From Sarea resinae (lineage: Eukaryota), in contig JAPEUD010000008.1 of assembly GCA_026026165.1 (NCBI GenBank), forward strand, positions 62,001 to 126,000: a stretch of 64,000 nucleotides of DNA, given 5' to 3'. Of the stretch, positions 1-12,754 are shown piece after piece (within the stretch, counting starts at the first letter, position 1; every line of letters begins with the position of its first letter). Position numbers and translations under genes: made by a program. A model generated the notes under the pieces. That model saw nothing but the letters and a program-made list of their open reading frames with translations, searched no databases and was not told the origin of the DNA.

Positions 1-182
1 ACAAGAAGGTTTCCCTCCTGCCGTAAGGAGACTTCATATCAAATGAAAAGCCTTCTGATCTCGACGTATGTGGATCTAAGGCACCATGCTCTAATGCTTC
101 GACAAAACGGAATTCCCCCAAACCCAAAGAACCTTCAACTGTCTGGGTCCTCCCAGCCAGCTGTATCATTTGCGAATAGCTC

Positions 183-3100
183 TCATTCTGCCTTCGATGA
201 AAGACCCTCTCCTTCTTCGACGTGCACTTCGGCAACATGTAGCTCAATGTCTTGATTGCTAGGCACTCCAGTCTTGAGTTTCAAGTTATCGGCATCGAAG
301 CGGGTATCAAGCTGGAGCTCATCTGAACTGAAATCGGATATATCCCGAATTGGAGAACCTAACCGCTTTGGCGTGTCTTCGAAGTCAGCGAGGACGCCTT
401 CGTCATCCGCAAAATCCGCCATGCGGTTATCCACATCACTCAGCCCCGCGGAAGATCCATTGGCAGCCTTATCGCTACCTTCGAAAAGATCCTCGTCATC
501 AGAGCCTGGTGGAGCTGCAGTGATGTGACTACTACCGTTTCCCCCGAGACTTTCAAATGACCAGCCCTGTTCCATAACAGCAGAAGGCCCATAACCGCCA
601 TACGAGGATTCGGCGCCTTCGTCATCCATTTCCATACTTTCCAATGACTGCTCCCCAGACTGCAGGTCACTGGAATAAGCAGGAAGATCATCGTCGTTAT
701 TCGTTAGATTCCCACCAGCTAAACCAGGCCCCGCTTGGCGAGTTGCTCCTGCTCCGGCTAAAGCTCTCGATGATCCACTGTGAAAGGAGCCGTCGAGATC
801 CTCGCCTTCCCCCGCCGGCGAAGTCTCAGAGTCAGATTCCGACCGATTGGCTTCCTCAATCAGATGCTCAAAGAACGGACCTCCCAAAGGCTTATCTGAC
901 CGTCTGCGATAGAAAAGAAGATACGCAGCGGGTGTAATCACCGCTTCCGTGTTACGCCGTTGGGAAACGTGAGAGTCTTTTCGAATAGTTAGCGGTGAAT
1001 TTCATTATCACGACATCTAAACCTTACCATTGTATTCATACCAATTTCCGTCGAAGAAATTCTGAGCAAACGCGGTGTAGTGACCCCCGCCGAGACCGCC
1101 ATAGTGATTGTCAACTGCAATAAGATCGTAGACATTATCCTTGCCATCTTCCTTCAAGGCAACCCTCTCGGTAAGGTCTAGATCTGTGATTGGAAAGTCG
1201 ACTAGAACATCGATCTTGTCTCGGAAACCCCTATTGGCGCTGAATCTTTTCAAATGAACAACGAGGATATCTGGGGATTTCCATAGCTCAAATTTCTTGC
1301 TGGCTCGACGATGTTCTTTGCATCGTGGGCAATACCAAGCATCGTTCTCAGAAAGTATCTCCTCTTTCCCGAACTCGTCCAAGCAGTCTTTTAGGCTGAT
1401 ACCCTGTTGCTTTCTTCTGGCACGGCGGGCCCGCTTCTCAATCAGTTCGGGATCGGCCACGATACGCGGTCTATACCATGTCGCCACGCCGCGAAAAGAG
1501 TCATTTCTATCTGTCGAGAAAAGGGTGTCGTGTGTCTCCGCGGGAATGTCAAGAATTAGCCCCTCTCCAAGGCCGATTAAGCCTCTGTTTTCTGATGAGC
1601 CAGGAGAGCCAGATACGTTATTAGATGATCCGTGGTCTTTCCTTGAGTAAGTGATCGTTCGTTTATTGTTTGATTGACTGGTCTTACCGGATGAAAGTCG
1701 AGTATCTTTTCTTGTGAACATGCTCTCAACTGAAGGGAAACCATCTGAGTCGCTACTTTCCTCAGCATCCATTGGGGCTATAGCATTGTTTGACTGCTCC
1801 GGGGTATGCTGGAAGTCTTCGTCGCTCTCGGACGGACTAGCCCCTCGGCGTGTGTGAAGAGGACCTTCACAGGATTGAGGCGGTTCCTGGCGACTCGGAC
1901 GAGGGAGTCGAGACTCGAGGGTTGGAAAGTCGCTGTTGTCACTTCCAATTGGGGTGTAACCCGTTGGCACCAATTCACCGTGTCCTTTGAACAACCTCAT
2001 CACGAAGAGGCCGCGAAGTTTATCGGGGATGAAGCTTCCCGGCTCGAGAACCTTCGGTATGGCATTGCTTGTCTCGGTGATCTGTGCTTCGTCGGCCTGA
2101 GAACTATGCTGCTGGGATGCGTCTCCTGCCTCCCCCATGGACACATCCACGAACCCATCCTCTCCTTCGACGGAGACGGTCTTGATTTTGGAGTCTGTCG
2201 ACGAGCATGCGTCATCATAAGATGTCACGATTGCGTCTTGATCTTCCCCTGTAGCCGATCCGCTTCTGACGGGGTCATCATCTCGAAGGATGTCCAGCGT
2301 TGTCATGACAGAAACCTTCGCTAGAGCCTTGCGTAATATGGCATCATAATCATGCGACTCTTCTCGACTGATCACTACATACGAAGGTATTCCACTGAGT
2401 TCGTACGAAACTCGAGTACGAGACGTGGCAGGATTACAGCGACGCACATAAACCGGAACAAGCATCTGATCGGCGAGTGGTGAGTCTGAAGTGGGGAGGT
2501 CCTCCTCTTCCTCCGAATTATTGAAGGCATCGATCATGGATCGCACTTTCTGATGCTTCTTTTTTGGTGGTGGAAAGTTGGTTGGGATATTTTCGAGCTC
2601 GAATACGAAGATTTCGTCAGCGTGTTGGATATTTGCCTCCCCGATAACTATGTTGTCTTCGAAAGCCTTGTAGAGCTTGCTCTTGTATATCTCCGCGACC
2701 ATCATTTTGCGAGGATCAGCTTGCATTCTCTTGGCAACGAATTCTTTGAGCATCTTGATGCTGCCATTCTTGTCCAATTCGACTTCCATTCTGAGCGGCG
2801 GCGAGCGAAGTGGACAATAGGTAATCTCTTTATGCCACAGATTTTCGATGGGCAACTGCAGAGTAAGGGTATTGAAAGGATCAAAGGTGATGCTGACTTT
2901 CTCGCAGACAGGGCACACAAGGGTTGACTTGTATGTCCCAGCGAACAAATCAGCAATGACAGAGTCATTACGAGCCTTGTAAATCCCCCAGCACTCATCG
3001 GCCAACTTCCGCAGGGCTGCAGGATCATTGACCATCTCGTCGGTCGAATCCGGTTTTTCGATGTACGGCTTTTTCTGGATTCGGTTCAGATCCTCTTGCA

Positions 3101-5094
3101 ATCCATCAAGCAGAAAACCTAAAAATTCCTGAGAATCCTGCTGACCATAGCCAGAGAATGAAGGTCCAAAACGGCTAATGGTGTGTTTGAATCCTCTAGG
3201 AGCGAATGCGGAAGGGCCATCTGCATCAAACATACTGTGGAGAAGGGCGGCGTACGACTTCGCAACTTCTCCATTGTGTGATAGGGGGTTAGATGGATTC
3301 AGCTCTTGTCGATAGCGATCCACTTGAAATCCGTAAGCTCCCTCTTTTGCGCCAAGTTGGACACGACTTACTTAGAAAATACTGCGTTAGCTCCTCCACG
3401 CTTCTGACACACTGCAGCGCCGAATTCATGTAACATGTATTCCCAAGATTGCTCAGGCCGGTCGTTCCCCTGGTTTTGCCGTCTCTGCGATGTCTGCCCC
3501 TTGTCACCATTCCGTGGTTAGAGCGGGCCGGGCTAGATCTTCTGCTGTCTCCTTGGACCTTCGGATTCTCTTTCGTGCGTGTGACTGTGATCCCATTATT
3601 GGTGACACCAATTGGAATACCGTGCTCAGTCTTGCTTCTCCGACCCGCTTCAGAAATCCACTCTCCCCCTCCAGGACCGCCAACTTGCTTTTCTAAGACA
3701 AGTACCCCGTCTTGGCCGAGGCCAGCCATATCAAGGCTCATGTGTCCATTGTAATTCTCATTGCAAGTCTGGTCTTTTAGATCAAGGACTTCACGTTGTG
3801 AGCCAACTTGTAACGCAGCGAAAGAGTTAAGGTCGAGAACAAGCTTCTGCTCTGAGATTGGATTTGGCAGCGGCGATGCATTTGCCGACTTGTCACCGGC
3901 GGAAAGCTGATCAACATCGCTGCTACCGAGAATTCTCCATACGCGTACTTTCGTCTGGAGAGAGATACCGGCCGCAGATTTGGAGCGTTTGAGGAAGTCG
4001 ACGAAACGGTCGTGACGACTGGCCAATATTCGGACTGGTCGGGCTTCTGCTTCTTTCACAGTCTGCAGTGAAGCCTTCGAGCCCTCGTTTTGAAGCTTAA
4101 GCACGGTAAAACAAAGAGGGAAGAGTTCGTACTGCAAATTTTCTTGACCATCGGCGGTACTTGTGTTATGCATGTAGCGTGTAATGACTGGCGACGAAGG
4201 CGACATGCCGTACCACTTCAAGATCAAGTCCCAAGCCTCTTGAGGTAGTATCTCGAAGTCTTGGCCTATCTGCTTACTACGATCCAGAGGGACAAAAGGC
4301 TCTCCTGCTTCATCTTCTAGACCTTCCGCAGACGAGTCTATACGCCATGACATGGTTCATTAGTTCGCCCTTCAAAGAGGGGATAGTATGAGGGTGGACA
4401 GACCTTTCGCAACAAGGTCCGAGTTATCAAGCGGCCCTATACTGCCTTCTCTAGCATCTTTGTCGTAACTTGATTCGTCCTTCCCATCCGAGCTTCGAGA
4501 CATGACCCGAGAAAGCCATCTTGTCGACACAACATATCCCTTCTGGCCTTCTCGAATATTCTGTAGAAAAAAAGCTTTGACCTGGTCGACCTGTTCATCG
4601 ATGGAAGGCAGATCCTGAGGCTCGGCCTGAGAGTCTCCGATTCTCCCAGAATCGTGGCTGGCGCTCTGGTTTGACGAAGCGGCTCTCACGATATCCGCCT
4701 CTGCCGAGCTTGTCTGTGCACCAGATGTTTGATTTTCATTGCTGTCGGACCCCGAAGTTGTACTGCCAGTGCGACCAGCCGGTTCATGTTCCTGCGCTAG
4801 CATGTCAACAGAGACCGAGCGCTTGTGCCTTGAGTCTCCAGCCTTTGACAGTGTATCAGATGGCGTCGGTGACGATAGAGCATCGCTTGTCGGCTCTGGT
4901 GCGGATTGATCCATGTCGACGTCTCCAGGTATACTGCCATCATCCAGCTCAGATGCAGGCCTCTTCATGGCCGGTGACGAGGAGCGATGTGATACCGAGT
5001 GACGGCCTTCGACGTGTCTCCCAGCAGATCCACTGGCAACTACATCCGACTCTCGATCGGCAGCCGAGCCTCCGATGCTCTCTGTATCGGGCAT
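183..5094 (-). CDS. UBP12: Ubiquitin carboxyl-terminal hydrolase, Ubp12/UspA (USP4/11/15 family, DUSP + USP domains)
   Basis: Cys box GLSNLGNTCYMNSALQC, QQDSQEFLGFLLDGLQEDLN, zinc motifs CPVC and CPRC, His box HYGGLGGGHYTAFA, terminal AAYLLFYRRR. GT-AG introns at 977-1027, 3323-3371 and 4338-4403 join the ORFs in frame. First in-frame ATG is at 5094, but the frame stays open to 5475 (see findings). Confidence 0.95.
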
Positions 5095-6631
5095 CTCACC
5101 GACATGCACGCTCTCGAGGGTCAAATCAGCGTATGCGGCGCTTGGAGAACTGGCGGCCGAGGAGGACTGATCGATGCTTGGTGCGATCAAGGTGCCCGGA
5201 CGCTCCAGCACTTCGGCGTGGAGATGTGGAGGCAGGTAACGAGGCGGTGACGGTGACGAGCTGGGGCGAGGTGGATCCAGCTGTGGGTGGGCGGGAAGAG
5301 ACTGAGGCTGGACACCAGGTTGTGAGCCCGCGAGGTTTGGGTTCGGGTCTTCCCCGTCTCCGTCTCTGACTCTGTCGGGTTGGCTGTTGACGGCGATGAG
5401 CTGCACAAGCTTACGTTTCTTGGTGGAAGACGTGGTGGACGTGGTGAAGGGGAGCTGTCCACGGCCGTGGCAGCTCTATAGATGAACGGGTGGCGATTGA
5501 AGCAGAGATGGAGATGGACGGGAATTTGAGAGGGAGTTGCGAGGTGCCGTCACGTACTCGACTCTGTCTCGCTCTCGCTCTGCTCTAGCTGAGCTACGTC
5601 GATATGAATTTGTCGGTTGTCGGTGCTAGAGTGGTAAAGCGAGGCGGCAATCGCAGGCTGCGGTGTGGGTGCGGGTGTGGCAGTACTACGAGTGGTGAGT
5701 GGTGAGTGTAGGTTCCGACAAAGTCACCCAGCACACCCTGCCCAGGCACGAAGTACAGATACTGTTGATACTGTTGATGCAAGCAAGCCGCAAGGTACGA
5801 ATACCAGCGGCAGGTGAGATGGGTAAGGCAGATCTCTGTACCGGTACCTGGTACGGCGCAGTAATACTGCCGTAGCGTTCTTCCTTCACTTCACCACGGC
5901 ATCATTTCACGTCGATGTTGACCTTACGTGGGTCTGATTCTAATGACTTTGATCAGGTGAGTGAGTGCAGGTGCAGGTGCAGGTGCATTGATGTGTCATG
6001 AGCACGATACCAAATAGAGGATAGAGGATGTGTTTATGGGCATTGATGCTTTCCACGACCTTCATCAGTGACCGATCTCGACATCGTTCTTTGGGGATTC
6101 TTTTGCTTGTTATCCATCCCGGGAGGACATTGAAGAGAGTTGTGTTCTGTTTATACTCTAGTCCTCGAGTTTCAGTACTTCGTACCTGCCGGAAAGTGCA
6201 CGCGTGGATGGATGGACGGATGGCTGTTTCTACAAGTATCGAGTCATCAGGTCGTTGTAGAGCAATGGCAACCCGTCAAGACACTTTCTCACTTAGGTAG
6301 GCACGAAGTGCTCTCCACGGATGGCGCCATCCAATCCAACCTCATACTCGACCCTCAAAGTATTCATCTACCTATCTACTGAAGTAGTCCGTGATCTTCC
6401 AACGGACCATGTTGTCGGTCGGACAACAGACACATGGTAGCTCGTGTAGCAGTGGCATACCGCCACTCCACATGCGTTGGCCAGCTCTTCAGCGTCATAT
6501 GCAAATAAAAAAAGCATCAAAGATTACGCTCAAGATAGATGTGAATCTTCTCCAACTCCCAGGCACTATGGTATAGACGTCGCAGAAACTCCTGAGGGGA
6601 ATAATGCGCCTTTTATGGTAGGAGAGGATGC

Positions 6632-8109
6632 TCACCATTGTGTGCACAGAGAAGGCCTGCCATTAGAAGAGTTGCACAAGGGTTGAGATAACCAAAAAAT
6701 GCTCATTGCTACCGCTACCGCCACCGCAGCCACCAGTCTAAACGCACTCAACGTGACGCCTTTATTCACAGCATGGGAACTCTTGCTCGTTGCTTTAGCC
6801 GCTGACGCCGTGCTTGTGAGTCCAGCAGTTGTCCTCGCTGTCGCTGATGAAGTTTGTGTTGCAGTCGTCAGCGTAGCCGTGGCTGCAGGCGACGTCCAAG
6901 GCGTTGAAGTGAAGGTGAAATACAGAGAGACCTCTGTTCGGGTTCCGATTACATCTGAGCCACTCGTGTAGGTGCCTATCGATGCAGTAGTGGGCCAGTA
7001 CGGCCAAGTGCTGTTGCTATAGAAGTAACCGTCCCACTCTTTGGTCACTGGGTGATTGCAATACAACGAGCTCTGAACACTCAAGTCTTGCATGGGAATC
7101 CAACCGTTCTCCGAGTCAGCCCCGTGGAGACGGAAGCACTCCATGCATCTTTTCGCAGAAAACGAAAGTTAGCGACGCGAGCTCTCAAGCATAGGACTGG
7201 AAGCTCATCCTCTAGCTTACCCGCCATAGTACTGCCAATAATCCCGACCACAAATGCATTCCTACTACTCCGAGGGTGGCAGCTAATTGAGATCGACGTG
7301 GTCTATGTTATAAAAGCCACTTGAGCAGACTTGGCTTAGATAGTCAGCCATGTTGCATGGCGCGTTCAAGTCCAAACCACCAGTTGAATTGAAAGGACTG
7401 CAGACTTCGTTGAGGTACGAGTCCATGTCGAGAGGAGAAAGTGTTGTAATCGAACGAGAAGCGTCTGCCATCGACGACGTCAACGGTATGTCGACCTTGG
7501 CCGCAGGTGATGTCCATGGGACCGAAGTGAACGTAAAGTAGAGGGAAGCCTCGGCTTTGGTTCCGATGGCGTCTGGGCCCCTACTGAAGCTGCTCAACGC
7601 CGGGGCTGAGAATGGAAAATCATTCCATAATATGGTCATTGGCTGGTCACAGTAAGCCGAGCTCTGGGAGCTTATTAGTGAGCTGGGTTGCCAGTCTTCA
7701 CCCTCCACACCACCGTGAAGCTGGTAGCATTGATTGCATCTGCATTAAGACATTGAGTCAGCCTAGCTGGTCATATAACAATGTCTCTGCAGCTTACCCC
7801 TCAAAGTACTGCCAGTAGTTCCTGCCGCCAAAGCATCTTTGCTGGTAAGATGCCGCGTACGCCTCGTGCCCACCAAGATTTACGTGGCCCTGACAGTCAT
7901 TCTCTATCGAGGCGGCATTTGCATGGCGCATCCATGAGCCAGCCGCTAGATACATTGACTGGCTTGCAGATCTCGTCGAAGCTCGGAATGATAGGAGCAA
8001 CGGCAGACACAGAGGTGACGGCATTGTCGCGATGATGCAGCTGCCTTGCAGACCCAAGACAGCCCCAAAGCAACCCAAACCCTAGGAAAGTATGTTTCCC
8101 AGTAAGCAT
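6632..8109 (-). pseudogene. Disrupted secreted/GPI-type protein with two tandem Cys-rich domains (resembling the fungal MCL1-like N-terminal domain) and an S/T-rich stalk
   Basis: Signal-peptide-like start MLTGKHTFLGFGLLWGCLGSA. Two repeats of C-x-P-x-N...APCN...C...YWQY-x-GC-x-x-C-x-x-LHG...QSS-x-YC...SLYFTFTS-x-PWTSPAA. Introns at the same position in each repeat (7740-7797, 7149-7220). +1 frameshift at 7918-7920; in-frame TAGs at 7283-7285, 7265-7267 and 7262-7264. Hydrophobic segment near the C-terminus. Confidence 0.8.
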
Positions 8110-9235
8110 GCCGCCGCACTCGACGAGATCGTGTCTCGCGCCCTCAAAGTCTTCAAGAATGAGTATGAGGCAATCTGAGCCCCTTTTAAAAGAAAACAGA
8201 AAGCACTTAAGAATGACGCAATATCATAAACTTTCAGAGTCGCAAAGGATAATCCCAGGTAGATCATGCATGGCACGCATACCCATTCACCAAGGTACGG
8301 CATGGGGATACGCATCATCTTAAGTATATTCTAACGTCCGTGGGAAAACGGGACGTCAGACTCCAGACCCCGGCGGGGCGGTCAGGCAACAGCATTGGAA
8401 AGCAAAAGGATCTCTGTTAGTACCATTCGGAAAGCAGCAGAAGAGAGGAAGGCACAGCAAGCAGCCTGCCGTGATCAGCTCCATAGCTCAAACGAGGTGA
8501 TCTATCCGGTGAGGCACAAGCCATTTGGCACGGTGATATCAGTCTATCAACCCATTGCAAGTGCGGTCTCCGGCCATAGAACAGGCTCTGGCCATGGAAA
8601 GGATTTGGTCGACATGGTGTAATGCTGGAAGCCATATGGTAGCCGCACTACTATGTGATGTACGCACGGAGGAAGACACCTCGTAGAGGATCGTGAGGAT
8701 CCAAAGCCGACAAGTTCGAAGTAGTATCGGCTTAGCGTTCGCACGTGGCGTCCGTGCGGAGGATGGTTACCTGGCGATGATAGGCTACAACTACAAGCAC
8801 CGCCATTGTTTTGCTTGCCGCTTGCGACTGTGCCACCCAATTGCAGAACACTCGTAAGATCTTGCGACGCCGTTTACCTAGGAGAGGTAGGTGTTTATGA
8901 AGTAGTCAAGGGGATTGGCTTTTGGGGGCTATCTGCGAGATGATATCTCCCATGAGTGCACAATATATCGACTCAATCCAGGAGCACCTTCCGGCGCCTA
9001 CCGCAATTGATAGAGACAACTTGGATTAGCACACTGTGCTGTCCTGAAAGGAGAGCCTCCCACCAAACTCCAATCATGACAGTCTGCTCGCATGAGCTTG
9101 CTCTCCTGCTGGGTATTCCCGGGCAAGGTCTCGCTAATCTAGATACAGAGCCGTTTCTTCGGGCGGTCCTGTCCGATACATGAATGAGGTGACATGAAGT
9201 ACTCCTCAATCCCGGGTATGCTCATCAAGTAACCA

Positions 9236-11446
9236 TCATCGTACTTCTATCTTATCTACCTCTCCTCGAGCCTCTTGCCAGGTCTCGAGGTTCTTTTTGG
9301 CCCAATCAATGTGACATCTGGCATAGGCGATCTAGAAGAGGCGTCGTATTAGTTCCTGACGACTCATTCGAGCCGAGCGCACTGTAGCATACCATGTATC
9401 GTTTGATGTCATCTTCCTTTTCCTTCTGGAATCTCCTCAGGTCCTTCAAAACGCCAGAGCTAGCGTCTTTCACATCATTCTCTGAGACTTCCAGTGCTTG
9501 TTCGAGCTGCAGCATGCCAAGTCAGTCTCAGATACTCAAGACGGCATCGGCATCAATCTCACCTGTATCAAGCTCTCTTTCGTCTTTCCGATTTGGTCTC
9601 GCCTAGTTCTCTCCGGATCTACATCCACTATACCGTGCACAGCGTGACTAATTCGCCCAAAGATCTTGTTGGTAACAAAGTTTCCACTAGGACTCTTCTT
9701 GTGGTTGCCGATCGGCGACGAAGGGCTCTGTTCTGGTGTGACACCTTGCGAAGCAGATGGTGGTGACGAGGGGGCATCGCCATGAGTCGGCGGGAAGTCG
9801 CTGTCGATAGAAGCGGTATCCTCATTGCTCCCCTCACGTCTTGTCCGTCCAGAAGGATCGTATTGACCTCGGGTTGAACCCGATGACACCGATCGTTTCG
9901 GCAGACTTGAGGGAGCACCTGTGCTATTGAGGTACTGCTCAATTCGTTGGGCTTCCAATTCGCTTCTCTCCAAAGAGTCAAGAAGGGTTTTCTTTTTCGA
10001 TAGCTCGTCCGAAGTCATCTCTTGCTGAACTCTCTTCAACACCCGATATCGTAAGACGCTTCGGACAACACCAGCGAATTGGGCACTCTCCCGCATCGGT
10101 TCGGCGAAGCTCGCGCCTAACGATGAAGAAAGTTCTTCCGTCGCGATGTATGATGAATCGACTGCTTGACCGATGCGCTCAATAGCCGCTGCAAGGGTTG
10201 GCGATTGCTCAGACAACGAAAAACCGTTGTATCTTGCTCCCAATTCGGCCAAATCCGTTGAGAGTGCCGATAGGTGTGTCAATGTTCGTCTATTGACTTT
10301 CTCGATACTGCCCTGAAGCAGCAACTCAAGCTCCCGAGTCGAGGACTCAAAGCTAACGAAGTACGGATCTAGGTCTTGCTCAGACAGATTTTGCGATATT
10401 GGGGGGAATCGGCCGAATACTTGGTGACCTGGTATCGTATGAGCTGCTGTTGACGGACTGGCTGCATAATCGGATGGAGATGCAGGTGTACCGGTGGCCA
10501 TACTTGTACCCGCAGTCTTGAGTTTAGCTGAGGATGATGGTACAGGGAGATAGCTGTGAGCTGGTGTAGGATTGGCTGGATCGAGAGGAGGCGCTTTCAT
10601 ATTATTCTTAGGGATGGACGAGACAGGATGGGAATGAAGAACCTCGCTCTTTTAGATGTTAGCAATATGATCAGGCCGCCGCAGACAGACTAGACGGACC
10701 CAGCTCGCATTTGGATCCAGGAACTTCCACCAAACGCCATCTTCACGAATCTCCTTCATCTTTCGGCAGCGATTCAGGAAGACGCTCAGCATTCTCTTCC
10801 TGAGATCAATTATACCCATGTCTTCCTTAGCTTTCGTAGGCTTAGCGGCATAATCCGCCATCGAATGTTTCTCGGGAATTGGTGGGATGACGAGTGTGGG
10901 ATGAAGATTGACCAGCGTCGCCCGGAGCGAATTAAATTCCGAGTACCGCCTACGAACCTCAAGATCCTGTATGGCGTCAGCGACTGTCTAAGAGCATCTT
11001 CGTGCACAGCTAACCCCAGTCCTGATCGTATACACGATATAGCTGCCACCGCTCTCGTGATTCTTGCCGGCATCGGTGATTATGATTGGTAGCTCGGGAT
11101 TCTCGAAAAGAATCTGCTCTATGCGGCTGTCGTACACGCCCTTCTTGCGTTGTCGAGTCTCGCTTCCTTTGAGGGTATCGTCCTCCTCATCGCTCGGTTC
11201 CCGAGGCTGCGAAAGGAAGTCCGGAGGCTCATTCTCGTTGCCGGAGTCTGTAGAGGTGGGTGTGGCCGGCCGATTGAGACCTATCGAGATATCAATGTTA
11301 AAGAAGAGTCGTGTAGGGCTCTGCGCCAGTTGATGCGATCAGAGTATGGACGTACGAGATATTGGAGAGGTTGGGTCGCCGTGGTCGGAAGTTGGGTCCT
11401 GGCGATCAAAGGACCCGTACGGGTTGTTATCTTCATCATTCCACAT
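9236..11446 (-). CDS. SNX41: Sorting nexin Snx41/Atg20 family (PX-BAR)
   Basis: Start MWNDEDNNPYGSF; PX domain YIVYTIRTG|DLEVRRRYSEFNSLR...LVIPPIPEKH...RKRMLSVFLNR; BAR helices; C-terminal ARCHIDWAKKNLETWQEA. Five GT-AG introns restore the frame (~11281-11355, ~10967-11014, 10649-10699, 9507-9562, 9332-9392). Confidence 0.92.
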
Positions 11447-12357
11447 GACGATCGAATGGTGAGGGCTGTCTTGAGCCCCAAGACAGTCGTCGATAGCACT
11501 GTACGAGGAAGTGAAGCTGCTCGGGGATCTCGTAAACTAAGCCGATGGCGAGGGGTGCGTCGAAGGTCGAGCTACAGCGGTCAGTAGGTAGAAGGGTGAG
11601 GTAGGTAAGTCTGGTAGGTAGGTAGCTGAGGTATGGATGCGAGGTACGAGTAGTGACGCTGACGAACGTCGAACACGGCAGTACCGCAGTAAGCTGGAGG
11701 TTACTACTCCGGAGTAGGTAGTGACTACGCTTAGTCAGCTGGACGTCCTTCGCGTGCCGGCAGCCAGAGACGGACAGCTCCATTGACATCTATGTCCAGG
11801 CTCAAGATCTCAACAGAACCACATCACCATGCAATGAAACAGCCTATGCATGCCAATATGCTCCGCCGTCTGTATCGGACTAACAGTTCTATGCGAGCGT
11901 GAGAATGCTTTGTTCTTATATCTCTTGTCGATGCTTTTTATTGGCAACATCGAGGAGAGACGTAGGCGACCTACCAGATTTCTGTTCCGAAATCTCATCT
12001 ATCAGTCCGCATGCTTGCACCGACAACAAACATCCAATCCGTCTGACTGATCGTGACGCAGCAAGCTTTGAAAAGTGCTCGGTGGCAGGTGCTGTGTAGG
12101 AAGGCATAAACCCATATACCTACAAGCGACTGTCTCTTCACTGACTCCATTGACGTTACGAGAGAGTAGATTGAATCAAGCCTCACTCTCCACAGCAGCT
12201 GATGATAACAAAATGGCACTGACAGTAGTGCATTGTGCAAAGACCCTCCTTCCAAGACAGATGACCACTGGCCTCGAAAGGATATGTTGTGCGCCACTAT
12301 CCTAGCATCCCATCTATCATCTGTAGACCCGACTTGTCTATCTTGACCCCAACCAGA

Positions 12358-12546
12358 TCAACCCGGTGGCACGGCAGCAACATTTTCAACACGACGAGCC
12401 GCCTGAATGGCCTCTCGCCTATCAACCCGAGCCCGCTGCTGCTTTCGAGCCCGCCATGCTGCAAACTGCCAAGCGGCGACGTAAATGACGAGAATAACGA
12501 AAAGGGTCAGGAAGACGGCGAGGAAGACGACGTCTTTGAGGTGCAT
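12358..12546 (-). CDS. Putative small single-pass membrane protein (62 aa)
   Basis: MHLKDVVFLAVFLTLFVILVIYVAAWQFAAWRARKQQR...: ~22-residue hydrophobic helix followed by a basic tail. CATC-ATG context and C-ending codon bias. An out-of-frame ATG lies just upstream. Confidence 0.45.
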   Translation of the reverse strand: MHLKDVVFLAVFLTLFVILVIYVAAWQFAAWRARKQQRARVDRREAIQAARRVENVAAVPPG

Positions 12547-12754
12547 GATGGATTGGCATGGTCCCTCTTCTTTGCTCGTTGAGAATAATGAACTTGTAAT
12601 AGCGGTCTGTATCTAGACACGTCGAGTCTTGTTCCTCTTGTAAATCTTCCCCTAAAAGTCTCAAAGTTGAACTCGTCGAAGGGGATAGAAGCATGCGCAG
12701 GTAGTCCACTTACTCCCGTGCTAGACGGACAGACAGACTGACAGAGCACAGACA

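Noticed and set aside
6321..6330. Perfect CYS-3 consensus ATGGCGCCAT
   Set aside because: About one match is expected by chance in 64 kb, and it is not next to a sulfur gene.
7262..7267. Tandem TAG TAG as an A-to-I-corrected premature stop or a reassigned codon
   Set aside because: Aligns to Gln-Gln rather than Trp-Trp, the gene also has a frameshift, and TAG acts as a normal stop in ACC1 and the homeobox gene.
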